Positions 28,382 through 38,900 of a stretch of 64,000 bases of DNA are shown one piece after another. A model generated the notes under the pieces. That model saw nothing but the letters and a program-made list of their open reading frames with translations, was not told the DNA's origin and did no database searches. Source of the DNA: Planctomycetota bacterium (GTDB lineage Bacteria > Planctomycetota > UBA1135 > UBA2386); assembly GCA_947501605.1 (NCBI GenBank), contig CANMWZ010000010.1, forward strand, positions 1 to 64,000, read 5' to 3'. The position numbers were made by a program, and so were the translations under genes. Each line of letters starts with the position of its first letter. Position 1 is the stretch's first letter.

Positions 28382-29380
28382 TTGTCCGCCCAAGAGCGCC
28401 AAGTCCTGACGGTACCTGAATCTCTGGCTGGAGTTCTGCTGCAGGACTTCCTCGCCTTGAGTTATCCCTCCGTGGATCGGGCCGTGCTTCGGCAGCTCGA
28501 AGGGCGTGGGCTCGTGGTCGTGAACGGCATGCCGCCCGCGCGGAACGGGCGGCTTCTGCCCTTCGACTACATCGAGGTGCGCGTGCCGATGAGCGAGTTG
28601 CCGGCCAATCGTGGGGCAGCGAGCAAGAGCGAGGCGCGCGAACTCGTCGTGCTCCACGAGACGGCGCACACTCTCGTGATCGACAAGCCGGCCGGCGAAG
28701 TGACGGTTCCCGATCGAACGGGCGAGCAGTCGGGTATCCACGGCCGGCTTCTGGAACTGCGTCCAGGGCAGGACCTGCGCATCGTTCATCGACTCGACCG
28801 CGACACTTCGGGTTGTCTGATCCTGGCCAAGGGTGCGGACGCCGCCCGCCATTTCGATCGATTGTTCCGCGACCAACTTGTGCACAAGTGTTATGTCGCG
28901 CTGGTCCACGGCAAGGTTGCACGCGTGGAGCAGGAGATCGATCACCTCCTCGGTCCCGATCCACGGCGAAAGGGCAAGGTCCTCGCCGCCACCAAGGAAC
29001 GCGACGGCTATCGCGAGGCCAAGACGATCGCGCGCGTGCGCGAGGCCTTTGCGCAGCACACGCTGATGGAGTTGCAGCCCAAGACCGGGCGGACCCATCA
29101 GATCCGAGTACACCTCCAGGCGATCGGCCACTCGATCGTCGGCGACGAGGACTACGGCGGCTTGCCGTTGCTGCTCTCGCAACTGAAGCGCGTCTACAAG
29201 CTGCGCACGGGCTTGCACGAGCGTCCGTTGCTAGCGCGCATGTTTCTGCACAGCGAACGGATCGCGTTCCCGGACGTCGACGGGATGCAGATCGAGGTGC
29301 AGGCGCCGCTGCCGGTGGATCTGCAGCGTGCTCTTTCCAAGGTGGCGAACTTCGGCGCAGCGCGGATGCGGAGGCAATGA
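28382..29380 (+). CDS. RluA/RluD-family RNA pseudouridine synthase (start uncertain)
   Basis: S4-like N-terminus, VIDKPAG, catalytic VHRLDRDTSG, TGRTHQIRVHL, IVGDEDYG. Confidence 0.9.
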   Translation: MSAQERQVLTVPESLAGVLLQDFLALSYPSVDRAVLRQLEGRGLVVVNGMPPARNGRLLPFDYIEVRVPMSELPANRGAASKSEARELVVLHETAHTLVIDKPAGEVTVPDRTGEQSGIHGRLLELRPGQDLRIVHRLDRDTSGCLILAKGADAARHFDRLFRDQLVHKCYVALVHGKVARVEQEIDHLLGPDPRRKGKVLAATKERDGYREAKTIARVREAFAQHTLMELQPKTGRTHQIRVHLQAIGHSIVGDEDYGGLPLLLSQLKRVYKLRTGLHERPLLARMFLHSERIAFPDVDGMQIEVQAPLPVDLQRALSKVANFGAARMRRQ

Positions 29381-29381
29381 A

Positions 29382-30764
29382 ATGCGACTCAAGGTGACAC
29401 CCGATGACTTCCGCGTACGCGAGCTGCTCGAATTCCGGCCTGATCCGGGCGGTGAGCACTTCGTGCATTTGCTGCAGAAGGAGAAGCTCTCGACCCAAGA
29501 GGCCTTGTCGCGCATCTGCCACGTCGCGGAAGTCGATCGCTCGCAGATTGCCTACGCAGGCCTGAAAGACCGCCAGGGCATCACCGAGCAGTACATCAGC
29601 ATCAGTGGTCGACCGTTCGAATGGCGCGAGCCGGGATTGCGACTCACGCCGATCGGGCGCGCGGCAAACCCGATCAACAGTCGGATGAGTCGCGGCAACG
29701 CCTTCACGATCGTCATTCGCGACCTGAAGCCGTTCGAGGCCGCTCAGCTGCGCCGGAGCCTGCCATCGCTGCAGAAGACCGGGTTCCCGAACTACTTCGA
29801 CGATCAGCGTTTTGGTTGCCTTCGCCACGGCCAGGGATTCGCCATGCTGCAGGTGCTGCGCGGTGACTACGAAGCGGCGTTGCACCAACTCGTCGCCGCA
29901 CCCTCGCCGCGCGCGATCACTGGCGACGTCAAGCTGAAGACCGCACTGCACAAGCTCTGGGGCGATTGGGAGGCCTGTTTGCGGACGGCACGTGGGCCGG
30001 TCTACCAACCCATGTTCGAGCACTTGCGCGATCACCCCGGTGACTTCCGTGCAGCTCTCGAGTTCCTGCCGCTCAGGCAGCGAGTGATTCAGGCGTTTGC
30101 GTACCAGTCCTTCTTGTGGAACCGAGCGGTCAGCCTGCTGCTGCGCGGCGGCGTCAATTCGTCGCAGCGCCTTCGCATCACCACGCTGGCGGGTGACCTG
30201 ATCGGCTGGAAGTACCTCGACCCCGAGCGGGAGCAGAAGCTGATGGCGATGGAGACGCCGCTGTTCGGCCCCGACGGCACGGGTGGCAGCGAGCCGTTCC
30301 AGAAGGCAATGCACACCGAACTCGAGAACGCCGGCCTGCTGCCATCGAACTTCGCCGACAACCAAGTGCCTGGCATGATCTGGCGAGAAGAGCCGCGTCA
30401 GGTGTTCATCAAGCCGAAGGACATGAGCGACGTGAAGCTCCTGCCCGACGAGATCTACGAGGGCCGCGTCAAGGCGACGATCTCGTTCTCGTTGCCGCGC
30501 GGCGCCTATGCGACCATGTTGTTGAAGCGCCTCTTCGCGCCGCCGTACTACACCGAAGAAGGGGATCGCCGCGGTCAAGGCACCTCGCGTTCGTACGAGG
30601 ATCGAACCGGCGGCAATCGCTCTGGCACGTCCGCTCGGTACGAAGGTCGCAGCGAGGATCGCTATGGTGCGCGTCGCGACATCCGTGGCCCGTCGAGTCC
30701 GCGGCCCGATGTGCGTTCCGTCACGCCGTGGGAGTCGGGTGGCGAAGAGGATACAGACGCATGA
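29382..30764 (+). CDS. truD: tRNA pseudouridine(13) synthase TruD
   Basis: LKVTPDDFRVRE, YAGLKDR (catalytic Asp), GNAFTIVIR, PNYFDDQRFG, AYQSFLWN, FSLPRGAYAT. Confidence 0.92.
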   Translation: MRLKVTPDDFRVRELLEFRPDPGGEHFVHLLQKEKLSTQEALSRICHVAEVDRSQIAYAGLKDRQGITEQYISISGRPFEWREPGLRLTPIGRAANPINSRMSRGNAFTIVIRDLKPFEAAQLRRSLPSLQKTGFPNYFDDQRFGCLRHGQGFAMLQVLRGDYEAALHQLVAAPSPRAITGDVKLKTALHKLWGDWEACLRTARGPVYQPMFEHLRDHPGDFRAALEFLPLRQRVIQAFAYQSFLWNRAVSLLLRGGVNSSQRLRITTLAGDLIGWKYLDPEREQKLMAMETPLFGPDGTGGSEPFQKAMHTELENAGLLPSNFADNQVPGMIWREEPRQVFIKPKDMSDVKLLPDEIYEGRVKATISFSLPRGAYATMLLKRLFAPPYYTEEGDRRGQGTSRSYEDRTGGNRSGTSARYEGRSEDRYGARRDIRGPSSPRPDVRSVTPWESGGEEDTDA

Positions 30765-31630
30765 GCGAACGTACTCTGGGGATCATCGGTGGGTCCGGCA
30801 TCTACGACTTGCCAGAACTGGAGCGGCGACAGGAAGTGTTGGTCGAGACTCCGTTCGGCCCACCATCCGATGCGCTGATCACCGGCACGCTGCACGGTGT
30901 GAAGATGGCGTTCCTGCCGCGTCACGGTCGGGGTCATCGTCTCGCACCCCATGAGTTGCCGTTCCGGGCCAACCTTCATGCCATGAAGCAGCTGGGCATG
31001 GAGTGCGTGCTCGGCATCTCGGCTGTCGGCTCGCTGAAAGCCGAGTTGGTGCCAGGCCACTTCGTGCTCGTCGACCAGTTTTTGGACCGCACGCGCGGGC
31101 GCACCGGCGAGTCGACGTTCTTCGGCGACGGCTGTGTCGCGCATGCCCACTTCGCCGATCCAGTTTGGGAACCGCTGCGAAAGTTGGCCTTGCAAGGAGC
31201 GCGAGCAGCAGGCGCTACGGCCCATGACGGTGGCACCTACATCTGCATGGAAGGTCCGCACTTCTCGACACGCGCAGAATCGCGGCTTTACCGCAGTTGG
31301 GGTTGCGACGTCATCGGGATGACCAACTTGCAGGAAGCGAAGCTCGCGCGCGAGGCCGAGATTGCCTACGCGACAGTGGCGCTCGTGACGGATTACGACT
31401 GCTGGCACGAGACCGAGGGCGACGTCGACGTCAGCAAGGTTGTCGCCGTGGTGCAGAAGAATGCAAACTTGGCGCGACGGACCGTGGTCGAGACGGCTCG
31501 GCTGATCGCTCAGAGTTCCCCGATCTCGGCGAAGGGTTGCATGGCCCATTCCATCATGACGGCGAAGGACCGGATCTCGGCCGATGCTCGCCGCCGCCTC
31601 GATTTGTTGATTCGCGATCAGCTCGGCTGA
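30761..31630 (+). CDS. mtnP: S-methyl-5'-thioadenosine phosphorylase
   Basis: GIIGGSG, TPFGPPSD, PRHGRGH, EGPHFSTRAES, IGMT, TDYDCWH. Confidence 0.93.
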   Translation: MSERTLGIIGGSGIYDLPELERRQEVLVETPFGPPSDALITGTLHGVKMAFLPRHGRGHRLAPHELPFRANLHAMKQLGMECVLGISAVGSLKAELVPGHFVLVDQFLDRTRGRTGESTFFGDGCVAHAHFADPVWEPLRKLALQGARAAGATAHDGGTYICMEGPHFSTRAESRLYRSWGCDVIGMTNLQEAKLAREAEIAYATVALVTDYDCWHETEGDVDVSKVVAVVQKNANLARRTVVETARLIAQSSPISAKGCMAHSIMTAKDRISADARRRLDLLIRDQLG

Positions 31631-31636
31631 TTGCAG

Positions 31637-32254
31637 TCAGTTCGCGCCTGCAAGAGTGTTGCTGAGGTGCAACGCACCCGCGTGCGCTTTTGCAAAGCGA
31701 GCAACTTCAGGCCAGAACGCGTCGAAGTCGTTGGCGAACTCGTCGTAGTGCGTGGCCAAGAAGTCGGCGCCGCTGCTGAATTCGACCGAACGGCGCATGC
31801 GCAAGGAGATGCGATCGAGCACCGTGCGTACGCCCCGCAAGTCCGAGGTCTTCTCGAGCCAACGATTCTCGATCATGCGCGGCAACGATGCGCGCAGGCC
31901 TTCTGGCATCGATCCGCACCGTGCATGCAGCAGCGCGTAGATCGCTGCGGCGAACTGCTCGGCGCTCGTTCCCGAGCCGAGTTGAGCCCAGCGCCTCAGC
32001 AAGAAGTGGTCGTAGAACACATCCACCAGAACGCCAGAGTAGCGGCGGAGCGAGCCACCGATTCGCTGCCGGCTGGCGGTGAACTGCGGATGCGCGTCGG
32101 TGAATGCGTCTACCGCGCGATGCAAGGCGATCCCGTGTTGGATGGGGGCTGGCCACTGTCGCCAGTTCTCGCCGCGCACGAAGTCACCGAGCAGTGAGCC
32201 GATCTGCCAGTCGGGATCAGGCGGCGACAACAGCAGGTGCGCGAGATGGTTCAT
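31637..32254 (-). CDS. acpH: ACP phosphodiesterase (AcpH/DUF479)
   Basis: MNHLAHL, GSLLGDFVRG, GIALHRAVDAFTDAHP, DVFYDHFL. Confidence 0.88.
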   Translation of the reverse strand: MNHLAHLLLSPPDPDWQIGSLLGDFVRGENWRQWPAPIQHGIALHRAVDAFTDAHPQFTASRQRIGGSLRRYSGVLVDVFYDHFLLRRWAQLGSGTSAEQFAAAIYALLHARCGSMPEGLRASLPRMIENRWLEKTSDLRGVRTVLDRISLRMRRSVEFSSGADFLATHYDEFANDFDAFWPEVARFAKAHAGALHLSNTLAGAN

Positions 32255-35200
32255 CCGCGCGTGGTTCTGATCAGGAGCAGACGCTTTTCTTCAGCGCGAT
32301 CGATCGTTGCGAGGATGCGGATCCAGTCGGCATAGACAGAGGGTTCAATCACCGCTGGGTGCAGGCGCACTCGACGGTCGACCACCACGGCTTTGCCGTC
32401 ACGCGCGAAGGTCAACTGGTAGTCGAGCGGTCCGAACGAGTGCAGGCGCGGCGACGGCAGTTCCGCGAACGCGCGTCCGTCGCCAGCCTCCATGCGCACT
32501 CGGTGATGGAACTGCAGATCGGTCTGTTGATGCAGGGGCAGTTGGCGGTGGTCGCGATCGCCAAAACTGGCGCGCAACGACATCGGCGGCAATGGCAGAG
32601 TCGCCAGCCAGCGGCCAGCGCCGTCGGCCTGCGCTGCCGGCCCTGTGACCTCGAGATCGAGTTGCAGCGGTTGGCCCGCGGGCTCGAGACCGCTGCAGGC
32701 CGCGCTGCGGATGCGCCAGCCTTCGAGGAACTGCTGCCCGAGTTGCCGAGCCGCGAGCTTCTGGCGGTCGCCAGGGATCTTGCGGATCTGTTCCGCCACG
32801 CTGAATCCCGAGTGGCCGAGGAGGCGGACTGCCGCGCTCATTCGCGTCCCGTCATCACCAAAAGTGCACGAGGCGTCGATTGCGAGGTCCTGCACTGCGC
32901 CAATTGCGAGCGGCAGCCGGATCTGTTCGGCGGCATCGGCACCGATCACGTACGCCAGCGCACCACTGCGGTGGGCGGGGACCTCTCCGAGCGGCCAGTA
33001 GCGCGGGGTGTCGTAGAACAGCCACTTGGCGGCGCCATCGCGTGGGCGCAGGCGGGCGCAAGGCAAGCCGGTGCGGTCGCCTGTCGCGAATAGCGGCGGG
33101 CCGTTGCCGGTCACCTCTGGGAGCGCGATCTCGCAGGCGGCGAAGTCGAGTGGAACTTCCGCCGCCCGCAGCAACGCCAACGTCAGCAAGTAGCGGTTGC
33201 CCTTCTTCCGCAACAGCACCTCGGTGGCATCGCTGCCCTCGCCATCGGCGATATCGCGCTGGCAGAACTCGACGATGCGCGCAATGCGCGCGCTGTCCGT
33301 GGTCAAGCCCTGCAGCAGTTCGCTGGCAAAGTCGACGACCACGGGCGTCGGGTGCGTGCGCCACAGCATGGCCGCGCGCTCCGACCGCAATTGCGGCCAC
33401 GCGTCGGCGTCCTCGCCGTAGCCCGCCATCGGGATCATCTCTTCGCTCGGCGGTGGCGAGCTCTCCTGCGGCAAGCGGGCCACATCGTTGCGGCGCACAA
33501 TGTAGGCGGTGCGGTCGCCGTCGAGCGCGAGCGTCTCCGGGGTGATGCCGAGGTTGCGCAAGCGCAGTTCGCCGCGGCTGCCCTTGTGCACGATCAGGAT
33601 CCACTCGGTCACTTCGAGCGCTTCCTGTTGCGAGGCGAACAGGAAGTCGTCGAGACGCCACGGTTCGGCGCCGGAGGCCCGATGGTGGTCGCGATAGCGC
33701 CATTCGACAAAGGCACCCGGTTCGAGTCGCGGCATCGAAAATCCACCCTCGACGCGGGATGGGATGTACGTCTTGCCGTCCTTGCCGACGGTCCGCAGTA
33801 GCAGCAGTTCGCTGGCGCGTGCAGGCGCTTCCGCGGCGCGGAGCGCTTCGACGCCTTGGAGGTCGTTGACCGCGCGCAGTTCGTGGATCTCTACCAAGTG
33901 CGAGCCATCCGGCAGCAGTTCGACGATGCGCTGGTCGACCAGCATGCTGGTGGATGCACCGCGCTCGGACTCGCCAGGCGTGAAGGCCGCGATCGCGGCA
34001 TCGCCGTCCTTGCGGAAGCGGGCGAAGTCAGCGCCTTCGGCCGGTGCTCCTCCGAGGGCTTCTCGCAGCACTCGAAGGTTGCGCTGGTCAGCGTCGAGGG
34101 CGAGGCTCGCTTCCATCCTCGTGATGGCCTCGCTGTCGGCGTCGAGCTGCAGCAAGTGCGCAGCTACTTCGGCGTGTGTGTTGGCGTTGGCGTCCTCGTG
34201 CTGGGCCAACGCCGTGAGGGCCGCGCGCTGCGCCGTCTTGTCACCGCAACTCTGGGCCATGGTGAGGCGGAGGTTCATCAACCACAGCGGCGTCTTGCCT
34301 GCCGGCAAGCGCTGCTCCATCGCATCGATCTGCATGTCGGCGTAGGCGACGTCGCCGAGGTCGAGCGCGAGCAGCACGGCTCGGCGAAGAAGGCCCGAAT
34401 CCGCAGGCAGAAGGGCGCGGGCGCGATCGACGAAGGCGAACGATCGGCGGACATCGCCGAGGGCCGCGTGATGGTCGGCGAGCTGCAGCAGCGGGCGAAC
34501 ATCACCAGGGCACACGGTGCTCCACTGCTGCAGCAGGTTCGGCACTTCGGTCTGAAAATGCAGTGCGCGCAACACGGAGTTGGTCGTCGCGAACGTCATC
34601 GGTCCCGCGCGCCCGGCGTCGATCTCGGCGCGAAGCAGGCGCAGGGCCTGCTCGCGTTGGTCCTGATCCTCGAACTTGCGCACCCGTGCCAGCAGCGCCT
34701 GGTGATGCGACAGCGGCAAGTCCTTGGTCGCGAGTGCGACTAGGGCGCGTGCTTTCGCGTTGCGGATCTCGTCAGGAAACTCGGTGGCGCGAAGCCACAA
34801 CTCGGCGAACGCCAGTTGCAAGCTCGGGTCGGTGGGCGGGTCCTGTTCGAGTTGACGCAGCATCGTCACCGCCGCATCGGTGTTCTGGGCGCGGCGGAAC
34901 TCGTGCACGGCAGCGAGGCGCAGCGTAGCGCGGTCGTGGCCCTCAGCCGTCGCGGCGGCCTCGGCGAGAGTCGTCGCCGCGTCGCGGAAGGAGCCCTGAT
35001 GCCGCGGGTCGCCGGCGCCCGGTGCGGCCTCGCTAGGGCCCGGTGCGGCCTCGCTAGGGCCCGGTGCGGCCTCGCTAGCGGTAGCGCTGGCTGCCAGTTC
35101 GCTCACCTGTGCCAAGCCGCTGCCAGCAGCATCACAGCAGCGAAGTCCGAGGGGCGAATCGCTGTCGTCGCCGGTCTTGATGAGGATCTCGTGGACGCCG

Positions 35201-35976
35201 ACACCAAGTTGAATCGGCCAGCGCTTCACGCGTGGTTGTGGCGCGAGATAGGGATCGCTGCGACCGACCTCCGTGCCGTCGATGCGCGCCCAGAACGAAC
35301 CGCGGTAGTCGACTTCGAGGAAGCCGGACGTTGCAGCCACGGCAGCAACGCGCCACAACACGAAGTGGCTGCCGGCTCGCTGTGCTGCGCGCCCCTGCAG
35401 ATCAAAGCCTCGTCGATCGTGGTCGCGTTGAAGCGTGCGGACGCGAACTTCCCCAAAACGACCGGCGAGCGTCTCCATCGCAGCGGGAAACCGCGCCTCG
35501 GGCGCGAACCAGACATCGAGGTAGTGCCGTCCTGAATCGCCGAACGGGCCGACCACCTGAATGGACGCGGCGAAGCTCGCGTAGGTGGCAGCCGACCGCG
35601 GTTGCCCCGAGCGCAGCAGGATCTCGTCACGCAGTTCGTCGAGCTCGAGCTGCAACAGCCCGTGCCGCGGAGCACTCCCTTGGACTTCGCCGAGCAGCGT
35701 CAAGATGCCAGGGGTCGGCTTGCCGGCCAGCAGGCGCTGGCGAGCCTCTGCGACCAGCGCGCACGCAACGGGCGACCGCGGCGACACGAGGGCGGCAGTC
35801 AGCAGGGTCTCGGCATCGCGAACCGGGTCGTCGACCGCCGAGGTTTCGGCTTCGACCAGGGTGCGGGCGAGGATCAGCGTTGGGTCCTGGGCTGCGGCCG
35901 GGGCCGCCAAGATCGCGAGCAGCGCGCGCGCATAGATCGGAGCCAAGCGGTACGCGAGCCGGGCAGAGAGCTTCAT
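32251..35976 (-). CDS. Large secreted TPR + DUF3857 + degenerate transglutaminase-like protein
   Basis: Signal peptide from MKLSARL (ATG 35976, ATGA overlap). Paralogous to the upstream gene (QVVGPFG, MPRLEPGAFVEW, FGPLDYQLTF...RRVRL). Catalytic Cys absent. Confidence 0.75.
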   Translation of the reverse strand: MKLSARLAYRLAPIYARALLAILAAPAAAQDPTLILARTLVEAETSAVDDPVRDAETLLTAALVSPRSPVACALVAEARQRLLAGKPTPGILTLLGEVQGSAPRHGLLQLELDELRDEILLRSGQPRSAATYASFAASIQVVGPFGDSGRHYLDVWFAPEARFPAAMETLAGRFGEVRVRTLQRDHDRRGFDLQGRAAQRAGSHFVLWRVAAVAATSGFLEVDYRGSFWARIDGTEVGRSDPYLAPQPRVKRWPIQLGVGVHEILIKTGDDSDSPLGLRCCDAAGSGLAQVSELAASATASEAAPGPSEAAPGPSEAAPGAGDPRHQGSFRDAATTLAEAAATAEGHDRATLRLAAVHEFRRAQNTDAAVTMLRQLEQDPPTDPSLQLAFAELWLRATEFPDEIRNAKARALVALATKDLPLSHHQALLARVRKFEDQDQREQALRLLRAEIDAGRAGPMTFATTNSVLRALHFQTEVPNLLQQWSTVCPGDVRPLLQLADHHAALGDVRRSFAFVDRARALLPADSGLLRRAVLLALDLGDVAYADMQIDAMEQRLPAGKTPLWLMNLRLTMAQSCGDKTAQRAALTALAQHEDANANTHAEVAAHLLQLDADSEAITRMEASLALDADQRNLRVLREALGGAPAEGADFARFRKDGDAAIAAFTPGESERGASTSMLVDQRIVELLPDGSHLVEIHELRAVNDLQGVEALRAAEAPARASELLLLRTVGKDGKTYIPSRVEGGFSMPRLEPGAFVEWRYRDHHRASGAEPWRLDDFLFASQQEALEVTEWILIVHKGSRGELRLRNLGITPETLALDGDRTAYIVRRNDVARLPQESSPPPSEEMIPMAGYGEDADAWPQLRSERAAMLWRTHPTPVVVDFASELLQGLTTDSARIARIVEFCQRDIADGEGSDATEVLLRKKGNRYLLTLALLRAAEVPLDFAACEIALPEVTGNGPPLFATGDRTGLPCARLRPRDGAAKWLFYDTPRYWPLGEVPAHRSGALAYVIGADAAEQIRLPLAIGAVQDLAIDASCTFGDDGTRMSAAVRLLGHSGFSVAEQIRKIPGDRQKLAARQLGQQFLEGWRIRSAACSGLEPAGQPLQLDLEVTGPAAQADGAGRWLATLPLPPMSLRASFGDRDHRQLPLHQQTDLQFHHRVRMEAGDGRAFAELPSPRLHSFGPLDYQLTFARDGKAVVVDRRVRLHPAVIEPSVYADWIRILATIDRAEEKRLLLIRTTRG
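35017..35078. repeat. In-frame 21-bp tandem repeat (~3 copies)
   Basis: GCCCGGTGCGGCCTCGCTAGG x2.95, encoding (SEAAPGP)n in a linker. Confidence 0.9.
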
Positions 35977-38900
35977 CGCGCCTCCTTCTTCAACACGATG
36001 CGCTGCGAGTCGGCGCTGCGCAGGCCGGCCACGAAGTCGCGGAACGCTGGGTAGTCGGCGGCTTCGACGCGTGGCTTCGCGAGTGCGAGCTTGCGATCGA
36101 CGACGATCTGGTCGCCCTGCAATCGCCAAGTCATCGTGAAGCTGCCGAACGGTCCTTTCTGCTCCACGGGTTCTGGAAGCGACGTTGGCCGGTAGCCTTC
36201 AGGCAGGCGGTAGCACACCGTGCGCTCGTCGGCGCGCGGGACACCCAGCAGCAGCGGTGTCGTCCGTTCGGTCTCCGCCGTCATCTGCGCCAAGGGCTCG
36301 TCGGCAAACGTGGACGGCAACTGCCATTCGATCGCGCTGCGTTGGCCGAGTTCTTTCACGGCGAAGTCGACCCGCAGGCGCACGGGTTCGGCCAGCGCGA
36401 GGACATCGCTGCAGTCGACGTCGCCAAGGGTCACCGGGCCAAAGCGCGACACGAGCTGCCGCTCGAGGTGTTCTTTGCGGCGTGCAGGTTCGACTGACAG
36501 TTGCGTGCGCGCGCGCACGGCGGCGTTGCCGAGCGGGGTCTCCACCTGCGTCGCGCGCAGGGTGGTGTCGCGCAATTCAAGATCCCATCGCACGCGGTCG
36601 TTGTTCTGCTCGGGCGTAGTCCACGGAACCGTCTCGATGCGCGCCTTGCCCTGCTCGACGACGACAACCTTGGCCCCTTGGTCCATCTCCGGCAACGTGC
36701 CCGCCGGGTGTAGCGTTGCGGTGCCGTCGAGGAACATCGCTGGGCGACCGTCTTGCTCGGGCATCCACGCGATGCAGTGGTTGAAGTGGTGCACCATGGC
36801 GAGCTCGAGGTTGTCTTCGCTGCGCATGTCATCGGCAAAGATCACCACAGGCGAGGCCTTGACGCCGATCTCGGAGAGCAAGGCGCACAGCAGGAGAGCC
36901 TTGTCCTTGCAGTCACCGTGGCGACGTTCGTAGATCACCGAGGTTGCGTACGGCTTGTAGCCGTGCACGCCGAACTCCCAGGCCTCGTAGCGAACCTCGG
37001 TGGACACGAACTGGTAGATCGCAGCAATGCGCTGCTCTTGCGTCGTGCAGCCGTTCACGAGTTCTTGCACCTTGGCGCGCATCGGCGGCGTCGTCTCCAG
37101 TTGGCCCTGGATCAGGTTCCACCACCAAGAAGCGAAGTGATCCCACGAACGAAAGGTGGTGAAACGGACGAGTGGTGCGCGTTCGCGCGCATCGGGGCGG
37201 CCGGGTTCAGGCTTGTCGCGGGCAACGGCATCGAGCGCGAACTTCCACGCGGTGGAGCCGTCGGCCAGCGTAGAAATGTGTGGTTGCGGCGCGCCCCCGG
37301 AGGCCTGAAAGAGGTAGTCGCGGCCGAGTTCCCCGATGACGACGAGTTCGGAGCGCACCACCGCGTTGCCGTCGTCGGCGGCGAGGAAGTGGGCGAGACC
37401 GAAGTACTCGCCGAAGAAGCTCGGACCCATGTCATCGACGCGGCCCTGCACGTCGACCATGTCGCCAGGACGCAGCGAGGGCAACGCCACCGACGCTCCG
37501 CGCAGGCGCGGCTCTTCGACCGTGCCGTCCGCCTTGTAGATCGTGCAGGCGAGCAGGCGCGCACGTTGCTCCCCGGCGTAGTAGGGCAACCGGTAGCCTG
37601 ACATCTGGCGCGCACCGGCGTCACTCAAGATGCGGACGCAAACGTGGTAGTACTCGCTGGTGGTGCCGTTCTTGTGCGCTTGCACGACGCGCTGGCGTAG
37701 CAGATGGACCAGTGGATCGTTGTTGTCGATCGACTCGGCGGGAGTGCCCGCATTGCGCAGGTCCTTGGTATCGATCGCCCAAGCGGTATGGAACGGGACG
37801 GTCTCACTCGCGAGATAATCCAGGTAGCGCTGGTCGTCGCGGCGATTCGGGTTGCATTCGATCGCCGCGCGCAAGGTCTCGATCTGGTCGTCGGTGCGGC
37901 CGAGTTGGCGGTAGAGGCGGCTCTGCGCGACCAGGGCGTCGTCGTCGTCAGGGCAGAGGTGCAGCCACTCTGACCAGTGACGCAATGCGGCTTCGTGGTC
38001 GCCGTCGCTCTCGGCAAGCTCGGCGCGCAGTTCGAACACGCGACGCATCAGAGGTTCGCAACGGAGCGTCGCGTCGGCGGCTGCGAGGGCGTCGTTGCGG
38101 TTACCAAGACGCAAGTGCAGTTCGGCGAGGGCCAGACGATCGTTGGCGTCGCCGCTGCGGTCCGCGATGCGTTGCTGCAACGCGACCACGGCTTCGCGGC
38201 CGTCGCGGTTGCCGTCGGCCAAAGCGCGCAAAGCAGCGCGCAAGCAGAGAACGCTAGCATCCTCGTGTTCTGCGGCGACATCGAGTTCGCGAGCCGAGTG
38301 GGCAACCAGACCTTGCTGCTGCAGCACTTCGGCGAGTAGCAGGCGCGATGGTTCGTGGTCGCCGGCGATCGAGAGGGACCGTCTCGCAAGTCCTTCGGCA
38401 GTGGCTACGAGGCCAGTGCCCGTCAGCAGCATCTGGCCCAGCAGGGTCCGTGCCTCGACATGATCCTGGTCGACCGCGAGGATCGATTCGTAGTCAGCGC
38501 GGCGTTCGTTCTCGTCGAGCTCGGCCGAGGTCTTGGCGGTGCGGACGCGCGAGGCGGCGAGCAGCATGCGCGCCTGCGGCCATTGCGGCAGATCGGTTGC
38601 CGCAACGGCAGCCAGTCGATGGTCGCGGCGGTCGTTGGCCGGATCGGCATTGCGGCCGAGCCACAGCATCGCGAGCCAGAAGGCGTCGTGGCCGTGAGCC
38701 GCATCGGTGTCGAGCAACGAACGAGCTCCTTGTGCTGCCCGCGCTGTCGGCGCCGTCTCTGCAGGCTTCTGCCCAGCGGCCATCGCCATGATTTGCGGCT
38801 CCGCACTCGCGCGCACGCTGTCGATCGGCCCGCCCTCTACGGCGCTCACGCGCAGCGAAGTTGCGAACACGCCGTTCTCTTGGTGGCAGAGCTTGACGAC

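Noticed and set aside
11394..30578. Long antisense/alternate-frame ORFs (e.g. 11394-12758 +, 13448-15391 +, 15745-17664 -, 20626-22428 -, 28161-30578 -)
   Set aside because: They shadow well-supported genes on the opposite strand and lack recognisable motifs. Such stop-poor frames are expected in high-GC DNA.
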